Shown here in pieces: positions 37,889-47,418 of a stretch of DNA of 64,000 nucleotides. This DNA comes from Patescibacteria group bacterium (lineage in GTDB: Bacteria > Patescibacteriota > Patescibacteriia > JAHIZJ01): NCBI GenBank assembly GCA_028714495.1, contig JAQTMH010000001.1, forward strand, positions 179,814 through 243,813, written 5' to 3'. Numbering within the stretch: the first letter of the stretch is position 1; the number at the start of each line of letters is the position of its first letter. The translations under genes and the position numbers were made by a program. Below the pieces are notes generated by a model that had not been told where the DNA came from, ran no database searches, and saw only the letters and a list, made by a program, of their open reading frames with translations.

Positions 37889-37974
37889 TGGTGCCCAGGG
37901 CGGGACTTGAACCCGCACCCTCTTGCGAGGCTAGGCCCTCAACCTAGTGTGTATACCAATTCCACCACCTGGGC
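37889..37974 (-). tRNA. tRNA-Leu(GAG), long variable arm, CCA encoded
   Basis: gcccagg tg gtgg aattggtat acac a ctagg ttgaggg cctag cctcgcaagagggt gcggg ttcaagt cccgc cctgggc a cca. Confidence 0.8.
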
Positions 37975-38240
37975 AGGTAGATTACCTCTTTACATTATTT
38001 AAAATAACAAATATTAGTATTATACCAACCCAGAACCACGAGGGGGTTCTGGGCCCCGCACCTAACATGGTGCGGGGTTCCACCACCTGGGCAGGTAGAT
38101 TAGCCCTTTACCTTATTTGAAATAACAATATCTGCAACATACCGATTTAAACCACGAAGGTTCTTGTTACCTATCATTAATATTACGAGATTCCGACAAG
38201 CCCTGAACCCAACGTGGTTCAGGGCACCACCTGGGCAATA
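37975..38240. repeat. two degenerate repeat units upstream of tRNA-Leu, each a GC hairpin plus copy of the tRNA-Leu 5' end
   Basis: ccaccacctgggca(g/a) recurs at about 37962, 38081 and 38226; hairpins ccagaacc-acgaggg-ggttctgg, ccccgcacc-taacatg-gtgcgggg, ccctgaaccc-aacg-tggttcaggg. Confidence 0.5.
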
Positions 38241-38245
38241 AATCT

Positions 38246-38611
38246 CTAGGTCTTGCTTTTGGCTTTTAGGGTTTTTGATGCTTCTTTGACCGGACGGGCA
38301 TATGTATTGCGAAGATAATATAACTTTGCCCGGCGCACCTGGCCCTGTTTCACGATATCAATTTTGGCGATTCGCGGAGAATGAATAGGAAATATTCTTT
38401 CTACCCCCACACCCTCGGAAATCTTTCGGACTGTAATCGTAGCGTTAAGGCCTTGGCCGCCGTGCCGCGAAATTATCACCCCTTCAAAAATCTGAATGCG
38501 TTCTTTCTCTCCCTCGGTCACTTTTTGATGCACCCGGATGGTTTGTCCAGGTTTCAAATCAGGCAAATCGGTTTTTAGCTTCGACTTTTCGTTTTCCTTA
38601 AGAAGATCCAT
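38246..38611 (-). CDS. rplS: 50S ribosomal protein L19
   Basis: [83 protein letters not shown]. Confidence 0.85.
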   Translation of the reverse strand: MDLLKENEKSKLKTDLPDLKPGQTIRVHQKVTEGEKERIQIFEGVIISRHGGQGLNATITVRKISEGVGVERIFPIHSPRIAKIDIVKQGQVRRAKLYYLRNTYARPVKEASKTLKAKSKT

Positions 38612-38668
38612 AACAAAATAATTCAAATTATTAGACTAGAATAAGTATAGTCAAAACCCCTCTATCAG

Positions 38669-39595
38669 TCAACCCTGCCTAAGCTCAGTTATTATTTCTT
38701 TGAGTTGGGGAGGAAGGTCAATAAAAAACTTCTTTTCCTGACCAGCCGGATCGACCAAGGTCAAATGGTCGGCACAGAGGAACAGGCTGGTCCAGTGCTT
38801 TAAGCGGATATAACGTTTGATTTGATAAAGATTGTCGCCAACCAGCGGATGCCCTAAGCCGTGAAAATGAGCTCGGATTTGATGGGTTCGACCGGTCAGG
38901 GTGGTTACCTTAACCAGAGTGTATTTAGAAAACCTTTCGATAACTTCATACTCAGTCTCCGCCCATTTGGCGGGTTTCGTGCCAGGGGCGGTTTCTGAAA
39001 CACTGACTATTTTGCCGTCCTTTGAACGCTGCAGAAGGAAATTAATTGTGCCGCTGTCAGGTAAGCCCGCGCCGTAAACTAAAGCGGTGTAGCTTTTTTT
39101 AACAGCGTGAGCCTGAAAAAGCTTTTTGAAATGCTCAAACGCTTCCTGGGTGAGTGCCACGATCATTAAACCCGAAACTTCCTTATCCAGTCGGTGGACA
39201 ATGCCAGGACGCAAAGGGTCGTCACCAACTTTGATGATTTGAGGATATCTTGAAACCAAACCATTAACCAGGGTTTTGCTCTTGGTCGCCTCAGAGGGAT
39301 GGACGACCAGACCGGCCGGTTTATTGATTATCAGATAGTCGGGCGACTCAAAAACCGTCTCCCAGGTAATGGCCGGGTCAGGCGTTAAATCGATTTCCGG
39401 CGGTGATAATATTTCACCCGCGACAACATCGCCGCTCCGCAATTGCTGATGGGGCGAAGCGTCTTTCCCGTTGACCGATACCTGACCAGCGATAATCTGT
39501 TTCTGAATCCAGCTCCGGCTATAGCCCGGGAGCTGCAGACGAAGATAGATATCAAGCCGTTCTCCGTTTTTTTCGACTGTATATTTTATTTCCAT
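38669..39595 (-). CDS. rluD: RluA-family pseudouridine synthase with S4 domain (RluD-like)
   Basis: N-terminal S4 domain; LVVHPS...HRLDKEVSGLMIVA catalytic motif. Confidence 0.85.
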   Translation of the reverse strand: MEIKYTVEKNGERLDIYLRLQLPGYSRSWIQKQIIAGQVSVNGKDASPHQQLRSGDVVAGEILSPPEIDLTPDPAITWETVFESPDYLIINKPAGLVVHPSEATKSKTLVNGLVSRYPQIIKVGDDPLRPGIVHRLDKEVSGLMIVALTQEAFEHFKKLFQAHAVKKSYTALVYGAGLPDSGTINFLLQRSKDGKIVSVSETAPGTKPAKWAETEYEVIERFSKYTLVKVTTLTGRTHQIRAHFHGLGHPLVGDNLYQIKRYIRLKHWTSLFLCADHLTLVDPAGQEKKFFIDLPPQLKEIITELRQG

Positions 39596-41048
39596 ATTGA
39601 CGATCTAAAAATCCGAGGGCTTGCTTTTTAGTCCGTATCTTGCCCCGAAGCTGGGTTGCTCTCAATTGATGGATTATCTCTCCAATCAGAGGGCCAGGTT
39701 TAAGTTTTAATCGGGACATGATATCACGGCCGTTGAGCAAAATTTTCGGTTGCTTCTTTTTTTCATAACCAAGCCTTTTGATTTCCTTGGTCAGTTCCAC
39801 GGCATCGTAAAAATTCTTGAGTGAAGGCTCTCCCTCCATTGACAGACTGGCCGCCTGGTCGGCAAATATCAATTGGAGTAATTTTTGGCCCAGGGTCGGC
39901 TCGAGAAAATATTTTTCAAAGGTCGCCCGGTTAAACTTTATCGGGGAAGTGTGGGTAATGATCAAGTGGTAATGAATCAGCCAGGCCAGATGGCTTGAGT
40001 CAACTTTGCCCTGGTAACTTGAAAGGCGTAGACGTTCGGCGATATCAAAAGCCAGTTCGCCCCCTACTTGTTCGTGGCCGTAAAATGACAAGTGGTGGTT
40101 TAATCTAAGCTTCCGGGTATACGGCTTGCCGAGATCATGAAACAAAGTTGCTAAAATCAATTCTAAATCTGGCTTTACTCCTGGAAAATGCTTGTGAAAC
40201 ATCGGCGAAAATAAACGCTCCAACGCCAACCGGGTATGCGTCCAGACGTCGCCCTCAGAATGATATTCGGGTCCCTGCTGGCAATCTTTCAGATGAAGCA
40301 GCTCGGGGATCAAAGTCCGAAAAACGCCGCTTAATTCAAAAACATCAAACGCCCGCACCGCGTCAGCTTCAAAAGACTTGAGCAATTCGCGAGCGACTAT
40401 TTCCCGAGGCAGCTTTGAATTATTAAGAAACCCGATCATGGCTTTTGTTGCCTGCCAGGTTTTTGATTCAAAAGTAAACCGAAGCTGAATGGCCAGTCGC
40501 AGACCTCTCAAAATCCGCGAGTAGTCCTCTTGAAAACGTTTTTCGGTCTGTCCAACCGCCCGAATTATTCCAGCGGCTAAATCAGACAGTCCACCAGTTG
40601 GGTCAATGAGTTTTTTTCGCTTTAAATCCCAGGCCAGAGCGTTTATGGTGAAATCGCGCCTCAATAAATCTTCTTCAATCGGCATCTGATAATCAGTCTT
40701 GACCGCGAACTCGCGGTACCCGCCAGCCAGGTACAGCGAGTGTTCAGTCCGAGGTAGAGCAATATCGATCGGCTCGCCAAGAACAGAGTCTTTGGGCTGG
40801 AATTTAAATACCCCGAACGTTTTCCCTACCAGGTCAACTCGACCGAGACTTTTTAAAAATTTCTCCAGGGTGGCGGGCTTTACTCCGGAAATGACAAAGT
40901 CATAATCTTTTGAAGGCCGCCCCAAAATGATATCTCGAACCATGCCCCCAACCAGATACGCTTTGGCCTGGGGGAATTTTTTGAATAGCTTGGCGAAGTA
41001 GCCTAGGCTCGTTTCCTTGGCAATTGTTTGAGCGATATTTTCCATCAC
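39552..41048 (-). CDS. cca: tRNA nucleotidyltransferase (CCA-adding enzyme) with HD domain
   Basis: LVGGMVRDIILGRPSKDYDFVISG PolB-type head; HD domain (LFHDLGKP) C-terminal. Confidence 0.8.
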   Translation of the reverse strand: MMENIAQTIAKETSLGYFAKLFKKFPQAKAYLVGGMVRDIILGRPSKDYDFVISGVKPATLEKFLKSLGRVDLVGKTFGVFKFQPKDSVLGEPIDIALPRTEHSLYLAGGYREFAVKTDYQMPIEEDLLRRDFTINALAWDLKRKKLIDPTGGLSDLAAGIIRAVGQTEKRFQEDYSRILRGLRLAIQLRFTFESKTWQATKAMIGFLNNSKLPREIVARELLKSFEADAVRAFDVFELSGVFRTLIPELLHLKDCQQGPEYHSEGDVWTHTRLALERLFSPMFHKHFPGVKPDLELILATLFHDLGKPYTRKLRLNHHLSFYGHEQVGGELAFDIAERLRLSSYQGKVDSSHLAWLIHYHLIITHTSPIKFNRATFEKYFLEPTLGQKLLQLIFADQAASLSMEGEPSLKNFYDAVELTKEIKRLGYEKKKQPKILLNGRDIMSRLKLKPGPLIGEIIHQLRATQLRGKIRTKKQALGFLDRQYGNKIYSRKKRRTA

Positions 41049-41085
41049 CTACAATTGTACCATACTCCGAAAAGAAAAGAACCCG

Positions 41086-41637
41086 CTACCTTGGGGTGAC
41101 GGGTGCCGGCGAATGAGACAGATAATACTTAGCGGATTCTCGAGAAATGTGCAGACCCGAACAAAGGCGGGCCCTGAGCTTGACGACCTGGAAATCAGAC
41201 CTTTCCGGGTCATCAGTCAATTCGATCTCATCCCAGTGATGAGTAATCAGTCCAGCCATGGCGGCTTCTTTCACCCGATAGGCCATAAGCGCCTCTGGAC
41301 AATGAATCGGCTCATCTCCATGAAGCTTAGCCAACACATTGCCTATGGTGTTAGCCAAAACAGCGATTTCATACAGCTCCGAAGCCAAATCTAGGGCATC
41401 AATCTCTAGTTCCTTGAAGGCCTGACCGAACGGCTCTAGGTCTTCAAACGTAAGCCGTTCCTTCGTTCGCTGGAGACATTCCCTCAATAGAAGACGGCCT
41501 AGTGGTGAGACTAATAGTTCTTTGGCTCCGTGGTATCTCCTAACTAGATCATGGAAATCGTCCGGGTTCAGCTGATGGGCTGGTTTACCGAAAAAACTCC
41601 TAACCGGGGTATGCCTTCTATGCGGTTTGCGTTTCAT
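41086..41637 (-). CDS. hypothetical protein (G+C-rich patch adjoining tRNA-Val)
   Basis: track ORF runs into tRNA-Val; internal start MKRKPHRRH preferred; no family recognised. Confidence 0.35.
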   Translation of the reverse strand: MKRKPHRRHTPVRSFFGKPAHQLNPDDFHDLVRRYHGAKELLVSPLGRLLLRECLQRTKERLTFEDLEPFGQAFKELEIDALDLASELYEIAVLANTIGNVLAKLHGDEPIHCPEALMAYRVKEAAMAGLITHHWDEIELTDDPERSDFQVVKLRARLCSGLHISRESAKYYLSHSPAPVTPR

Positions 41638-41730
41638 GGCGCTTCTCCTTCTCTTCCGATGGGCTGTTCTAAAAAGAACGAGGGTTGTATGTGCTCGGGT
41701 GGGCGGGGTGATCTCCATCCCCCATCTTCC

Positions 41731-41807
41731 TGGTGCGCGTACCTGGACTTGAACCAGGGACCTCCACAATGTCAATGTGGCGCTCTAACCAACTGAGCTA
41801 TACGCGC
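41731..41807 (-). tRNA. tRNA-Val(GAC), CCA encoded
   Basis: gcgcgta ta gctc agttggtta gagc g ccaca ttgacat tgtgg aggtc cctgg ttcaagt ccagg tacgcgc a cca; flanked by ccatcccccatcttcc / ggaagatgggggat helix; partial copy aatgtggcgctctaaccaac plus hairpin cccccgtgaaaacggggg upstream. Confidence 0.85.
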
Positions 41808-42071
41808 GCACTAGGAAGATGGGGGATCAATGTGGCGCTCTAACCAACCTTGCCCCCGTGAAAACGGGGGTGAGCTAGACGCCCACCTGAACAAACAAAA
41901 TAAATTTAACGACATACATAATCACTTCTTACCTCATAGTGAGCATGCCCCGGATTATCCCCGATTAAATCGGGGACGGGGGACCCCCTGCCTTATAGCG
42001 ACGCTTCTGATATTATGGAAAGGTGTTGTAGCGTCGATATATCGATGACCTACCTATTTATTCACATTCTC

Positions 42072-42148
42072 ATGGTGGGCATGGATGGATTTGAACCATC
42101 GACCCCCGTCTTATAAGGGCGGTGCTCTAACCGCTGAGCTACATGCCC
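42072..42148 (-). tRNA. tRNA-Ile with TAT anticodon (tentative), CCA encoded
   Basis: gggcatg ta gctc agcggtta gagc a ccgcc cttataa gacgg gggtc gatgg ttcaaat ccatc catgccc a cca; same acceptor as tRNA-Ile(GAT); one C-A mismatch in anticodon stem. Confidence 0.6.
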
Positions 42149-42273
42149 ACCATGAGAATTAAATTGTATAGGTCATCGCTATAAGGGCGGTGTCCCGATC
42201 GGCTTGGCCGCGTCAAGACTGCCTACCCCAAAATATGCCCTAACTTTCCGCCAAATATATTCAATTTCTGTGG

Positions 42274-43260
42274 CTATCTTACTCCTGGCTGAGATTTCCG
42301 TCCAGCCAGACGTTCTGCCCACATTATTATTTTGCTCAACTTTTTTCCTTGGTCCAGTTTGAGAAAAAACAGTACCCAGGCGCTAAATTGAAAAGACGAG
42401 AGAACAGAGCCAACGAATACCGTAACCAGAAGAATAATAGCCGTCAGGACGTAGAGCAAAACATTGCTGGCGCCGGCCATACCCTGACTTAAAATCACAA
42501 CCAGGAGAAGGAACGGAACAGAAACTATTACCAGTACAATTATCAAACCGAGGCTGACAATAAAATTAATAACGAATATTATTACGGCCATCTCGATACT
42601 GGCCAGCCAATTTTTTATAAAAAGCTTCCAGCCTGACCGCACTGCCTCAGTCAGAGTTTGGCCCCGGGCGACCACGTAGCAAGCCGCGTATTTTGCCACA
42701 AAGCCAATAATCAAGCTAACGGCGAATGAAAGTAAAATCATTATCACGCTGACCACCACTCCAATAACCCCAAAAGCCACCAGCGAGGCGACCAAACCAG
42801 TCAGGATCAAGAAAATATAGTCAGCGATTTTCGCCAAAAGATAGACAATAAGGTTTTTCCAAAAATGTTTCTGGCCGATGGCAAAGGCTTGATTATACGC
42901 AACCGCCTTGCCGTTTTCAGCCTGGATCGTACTGTGGATTATCCCGCCCACCGAAATTACCGTCAGCCAAACCACTAGGATTAAAAGTAAAACAAACACC
43001 AGCATGACCACCACCGCGGTCAATGTGGTCGAGCTCACCAGTCCCCAGGCATCGGAAAATATTCCGCCAAAACCGCTTTTAAAAAGCTCACGCCAGCTGT
43101 CTAGAGATAGGGAACCCTCGGTTTGAAGATAATAATTCCTGATAAGAGTCTCAACCTCCTGGCCAATCCAGACCAGAAACAATCCAAAAAACCACAAAAA
43201 TTTATTGCGCCAAATGATTCTCCAGGCTTTTTTAATAATGTCGTTGTAAATGGAAACCAT
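42274..43260 (-). CDS. hypothetical polytopic membrane protein
   Basis: 328 aa, six or more TM helices. Confidence 0.45.
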   Translation of the reverse strand: MVSIYNDIIKKAWRIIWRNKFLWFFGLFLVWIGQEVETLIRNYYLQTEGSLSLDSWRELFKSGFGGIFSDAWGLVSSTTLTAVVVMLVFVLLLILVVWLTVISVGGIIHSTIQAENGKAVAYNQAFAIGQKHFWKNLIVYLLAKIADYIFLILTGLVASLVAFGVIGVVVSVIMILLSFAVSLIIGFVAKYAACYVVARGQTLTEAVRSGWKLFIKNWLASIEMAVIIFVINFIVSLGLIIVLVIVSVPFLLLVVILSQGMAGASNVLLYVLTAIILLVTVFVGSVLSSFQFSAWVLFFLKLDQGKKLSKIIMWAERLAGRKSQPGVR

Positions 43261-43317
43261 ATTTTTTCCTCCTGTTTATCCCTTAAGACTCGGTCTAAAC
43301 CAAAATCCTTCGGGTTT

Positions 43318-45144
43318 TTATGCTAAAGGTTTTTTATCAAAGAGGGCGTTAAACTCCGCTTGTTCAATCGTCTCTTTCTTGAGCAATAAACCAGCCAGCT
43401 GTTCGATTTTCGGTTTCATCTGAATAATGATTTTTTGGGCTCTGACATAGCACTGGCGAATTATTTTATTAACTTCGCGGTCGATTTGTGTAGCCGTAGC
43501 GTCGCCGTAATCCTGCTGCTCATGGATTTCCCGGCCCAGAAAAATCATTTCCTCGTGCTCGCCATAAGTGCGCGGACCGAGAGTGTCGCTCATGCCATAA
43601 CGGGTTACCAGCTTCCGGGTCAACTGAGTAGCTTCTTTCAGATCATTGCTGGCTCCGGTCGTAACCTCATTAAAAATATATTTCTCCACGGCGTGGCCAG
43701 CCAATAATACTGAGATTTCATCTATAAAATACGAACGAGAATGAAGATGTCTGTCTTCGGTCGGAAGCTTCAGGGTGTAACCGGCGGCGCTGCCCCGCGA
43801 CATGATCGAAACTTTTCGGATTGGATCGGCGTGCGGTGAAAAATGAGCCACAATGGCGTGGCCAGCCTCGTGAAAGGCCGCGATTTTTTTCTCCGTTTGA
43901 TTGAGTATATGGCTTTTGCGTTCCGGGCCCAGTAAAACCTTATCAATGCTTTCAAGGCATTCATCCATCGTCACTTTCTTTTTATTCCGCCGGGCGGTTA
44001 AAATCGCCGCCTCATTCAGCAAATTAGACAAATCAGCTCCGGAAAAACCCGGCGTCCGTTCAGCCAAGCTGCGCAAGTCAATATCCGGGGCCAGGGGCTT
44101 GCCCAGGGCGTGGACTTTGAGAATCGCCTCTCGGTCGCCGATATCCGGAAGATCAAGCATCACGCGGCGGTCAAAACGACCGGGCCTGAGCAAGGCCGGA
44201 TCGAGAACATCAGGCCGGTTCGTAGCCGCCATCACAATCACGTTTGTGTCAGTGTCAAAACCGTCCATCTCAACCAAAATTTGGTTCAGGGTCTGTTCGC
44301 GCTCGTCGTGCGAGCCGCCCAAACCCGAGCCGCGCTGCCGGCCAACCGCGTCTATCTCATCGATAAAGATTATGCAGGGCGCGGTTTTCTTTGCCCGCTT
44401 GAATAAATCGCGGACGCGTGAAGCGCCGACACCAACGAACATTTCGACAAACTCCGAGCCGGAAATATGAAAAAAGGGCACGTTGGCTTCACCGGCCACG
44501 GCTCTAGCCAATAATGTTTTTCCGGTTCCCGGCGGTCCGATCAGCAAAACGCCCTTGGGAATCCTAGCGCCCAGGGAAAGAAACCGCCGCGGCGTTTTAA
44601 GGAATTCAACGACTTCGGCTAATTCTTCCTTGGCTTCCTTAACGCCAGCCACGTCTTTAAACAAAATTCGGTTCTTAATATTGTTCTGATTTTCTCGGGC
44701 GCGGCTTTGGCCAAAAGTCATGGCCCGGTTGTTGCTTCCCTGAACCTGCCGCAACATGAAATAAATAAACCCGCCAATCAGCAAAAATGGCAGAAGAAAA
44801 GGCAGCAGCGTGCCCAGCCAGAAAGAAGTGCTGGAATCCGGCCTGACCTCGACATTCAAGCCTTTGATCTTTTCTTCAGCCACACCATAATTTTTCAAAA
44901 GGTCGCTTAAGGATTCAGTTGTCTCCTTATTGGCCGTTTGTTTTGTTCCATCATTGAGGCTGATATTGAGCTTGCTGCCTTCGACAATTATTTGTTTAAC
45001 GTCGGATTTTTCAATCTCTTGAACTAGCTGATTCAGGCTTACGACACCGACTTTTTGAGTTGTCGCTTGGTACAAACTGAACAAGCCCCCTACTAGCAAG
45101 AAGATTATTACAAAGACAATAAAGTTTTTTAGAGTTTTACTCAT
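43318..45144 (-). CDS. ftsH: ATP-dependent zinc metalloprotease FtsH
   Basis: AAA Walker [12 protein letters not shown], zinc motif HEAGHAIV. Confidence 0.95.
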   Translation of the reverse strand: MSKTLKNFIVFVIIFLLVGGLFSLYQATTQKVGVVSLNQLVQEIEKSDVKQIIVEGSKLNISLNDGTKQTANKETTESLSDLLKNYGVAEEKIKGLNVEVRPDSSTSFWLGTLLPFLLPFLLIGGFIYFMLRQVQGSNNRAMTFGQSRARENQNNIKNRILFKDVAGVKEAKEELAEVVEFLKTPRRFLSLGARIPKGVLLIGPPGTGKTLLARAVAGEANVPFFHISGSEFVEMFVGVGASRVRDLFKRAKKTAPCIIFIDEIDAVGRQRGSGLGGSHDEREQTLNQILVEMDGFDTDTNVIVMAATNRPDVLDPALLRPGRFDRRVMLDLPDIGDREAILKVHALGKPLAPDIDLRSLAERTPGFSGADLSNLLNEAAILTARRNKKKVTMDECLESIDKVLLGPERKSHILNQTEKKIAAFHEAGHAIVAHFSPHADPIRKVSIMSRGSAAGYTLKLPTEDRHLHSRSYFIDEISVLLAGHAVEKYIFNEVTTGASNDLKEATQLTRKLVTRYGMSDTLGPRTYGEHEEMIFLGREIHEQQDYGDATATQIDREVNKIIRQCYVRAQKIIIQMKPKIEQLAGLLLKKETIEQAEFNALFDKKPLA

Positions 45145-45269
45145 TGTTTGGTTAAGCTAAGCTAATATATTATAAATGAATTTAGGACTTTTGGCAAATT
45201 TACGCAACAACCGGCTAGCCTGTGTGGCTCCAGGATTTTTTTAGTCTTTGGTTATATCTAATCTCTAAT

Positions 45270-46520
45270 TTAAGCGGCTGGCTGATCAGTGGGGGCCGGC
45301 TTTTCACCGGTAGCATCACCGGTTTCCCCTTTTTCGGCCTCAGGTAAATTTTCAGCAGTTGATGGTTCGGGCTTTTTCTCTTCTGCCTTGGGGCTAGCTG
45401 GTTCTTCTAAGGCTTTAATCGACAGCCCCAGGCGGTGATTGTCTGGTTCAATCGACAGAATTTTGAAATCGCGCACTTCTCCTTCTTTGACAATGTCTCC
45501 AGGGTGGCGGACAAGTTTTGAAGAAAGTTCCGATATATGCGCTAGCCCATGGATATCTTTATCCAGTTCGACAAACACGCCAAAGGGATTAAGCTTTAAC
45601 ACCTGACCTTTAACTACCTGACCGACCTTGTATTTATTAATCGCTTTTCTCCAGGGATCCTCCAGCAATTGCTTCAAACTTAGAGATATCCGGGCGTTAT
45701 CCAGGCTGATTATTTTCGCTTTTACCTTATCGCCGACTTTAATAATGTCCCGCGGGTCATCAATTCTCTGCCAGGCTAACTCCGATATGTGAACCAGGCC
45801 CTCGAGCCCGTCGCCGAATTCCACGAACGCTCCAAAATCAACCACGCCCGTAACCTTGCCTTCGACGATCTCTCCCAGCTTGTATTTTCCAATGGCTTCT
45901 TTCTGTTTTTCCTCCCAAGCCATTTTTTCGGAAACGATCAATTTTTCCTCGGCTTCATCAACATCAATTACCCGAACGCGGAAGTTCTGGCTAATGTATT
46001 GATTCAGCCTTTCCAAGATTTTATCTTTGTCGCCGCCCTCGACGCGCGGATAGTGCTCGACGGTCAGCTGGGAAACCGGTAAAAAACCGGCCACCCGTCC
46101 GACTTTTATCATCAAGCCGCCGCGGTTGGCCTCCGTGATCTCGGCGTCGACAATCTGTTTATCGCCCATCAGCTTGATTAGATTGTCCCAGGCTTTCTTG
46201 TGGCCGGCCTGACGGAAAGAAAGTTCCATCACGCCCTTCTCGTTTTCCAATTCCAGCACCGTGGCTTGGACCGTATCGCCTACCTTGACGTCAGTGTACT
46301 CCCCCGATTCATCGAAAAGCTCCCGGCCGCGCACCAGCCCGCTGCTTAAACCCTCAATGTCAACATGCGCCTCGTTTTTTGAGACGCTTAGGACTTTTCC
46401 CTCGATAATATCCCCGACTCGGGGTATTTTCATCAGCCCCTGCTCATCCAAAAGCTTCTCCATCTCTGAGGGGGGGGTAGGGGCAGCTTCGATATCCTTA
46501 TCTTTCTTAGCTGTTTTCAT
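45270..46520 (-). CDS. rpsA: 30S ribosomal protein S1 (four S1 domains)
   Basis: repeated S1 domains (GDIIEGKV..., GDTVQATV..., GEIVEGKV..., GQVVKGQV...). Confidence 0.9.
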   Translation of the reverse strand: MKTAKKDKDIEAAPTPPSEMEKLLDEQGLMKIPRVGDIIEGKVLSVSKNEAHVDIEGLSSGLVRGRELFDESGEYTDVKVGDTVQATVLELENEKGVMELSFRQAGHKKAWDNLIKLMGDKQIVDAEITEANRGGLMIKVGRVAGFLPVSQLTVEHYPRVEGGDKDKILERLNQYISQNFRVRVIDVDEAEEKLIVSEKMAWEEKQKEAIGKYKLGEIVEGKVTGVVDFGAFVEFGDGLEGLVHISELAWQRIDDPRDIIKVGDKVKAKIISLDNARISLSLKQLLEDPWRKAINKYKVGQVVKGQVLKLNPFGVFVELDKDIHGLAHISELSSKLVRHPGDIVKEGEVRDFKILSIEPDNHRLGLSIKALEEPASPKAEEKKPEPSTAENLPEAEKGETGDATGEKPAPTDQPAA

Positions 46521-46650
46521 AATGTTTTGGTTAATTATTAGGCATCAAAAAAACAGGCTTATTAAGAATTATAGGGCAAGTGGATTTTTTTGGCAAGAGT
46601 TCGGACCAACAACCTTTGACAAATACAACTTTTTGTGTTATGATGTAAAT

Positions 46651-47325
46651 ATGAAGTTACCTCAAGGCAGAATTAGTAGGCAAGCTCTAAACAACGCCAT
46701 TAAACCATTGGCCAAGGGCGGCATGTGGAATGTTAATCGTGCTTTGAAAAAAGAAGGGCTTGGTTATAAAAATAAACCTTCGGTTGCTTTGCATGACGTA
46801 AAAAGGATTGCCAAAGCTCTTCATCAAGGAAGAGGCAAATTTACCCTAAAAACTGACTGGCGGAAAACTACTCTGGTCGATCGAGTGAAACAAGCGCAAA
46901 AAGGCCTGAACGAACCAGCAAAATCCAGCCAGCCCAAACCGCAAGAAACCAACCAGGCTCTCGAAGCTAGGCTCAAACGAGCTAGAAATATTACCGGCAT
47001 GGATCGATATCAAAGCATCGGCGATTTCCGTCGCCACAAAGCGACAGACGCGCAAATAAAATCAGCCCAAGCCACGGCTGGCAGCCAAGTAAAAAAACCT
47101 TCTTTTGGGCGTCCAGCTGTGGTACCTACCAGCGTCGGCGGAATCCGCCCTGAAGAAATCTCACCAAAACGCGCCCATTCAATTGAAGCTCCCGAGGCTA
47201 GGAATGAAAATCCTATTCCAAAGCCTCCCGCGGAAAAAGATAGGTCAGCCGAGAATAACAAGAAAGATACTGAAAAGCCACTCAAAGATAGTGGCAATCT
47301 GCCTGACGATATGGCAATCGATTAA
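46651..47325 (+). CDS. hypothetical basic low-complexity protein
   Basis: track ORF starts at 46261 inside rpsA on the opposite strand; ATG at 46651 (MKLPQGRISRQALNN...) preferred. Confidence 0.35.
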   Translation: MKLPQGRISRQALNNAIKPLAKGGMWNVNRALKKEGLGYKNKPSVALHDVKRIAKALHQGRGKFTLKTDWRKTTLVDRVKQAQKGLNEPAKSSQPKPQETNQALEARLKRARNITGMDRYQSIGDFRRHKATDAQIKSAQATAGSQVKKPSFGRPAVVPTSVGGIRPEEISPKRAHSIEAPEARNENPIPKPPAEKDRSAENNKKDTEKPLKDSGNLPDDMAID

Positions 47326-47339
47326 ATTTCATAAAAATA

Positions 47340-47378
47340 AAAAACAGTGTGATATTTATACGCTGTTTTTTTATTAAA
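47340..47378. terminator. putative bidirectional terminator
   Basis: aaaaaacagtgtgatatttatacgctgttttttt. Confidence 0.5.
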
Positions 47379-47418
47379 AGAAAAGGGGGTGGCCAAAAGT
47401 CACCCCACACGCGCGAAG

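Noticed and set aside
46261-46650. N-terminal 130 codons of the 354-aa plus-strand ORF
   Set aside because: This part is antisense to the well-supported rpsA coding region. Only the part from the ATG at 46651 lies in an intergenic position.
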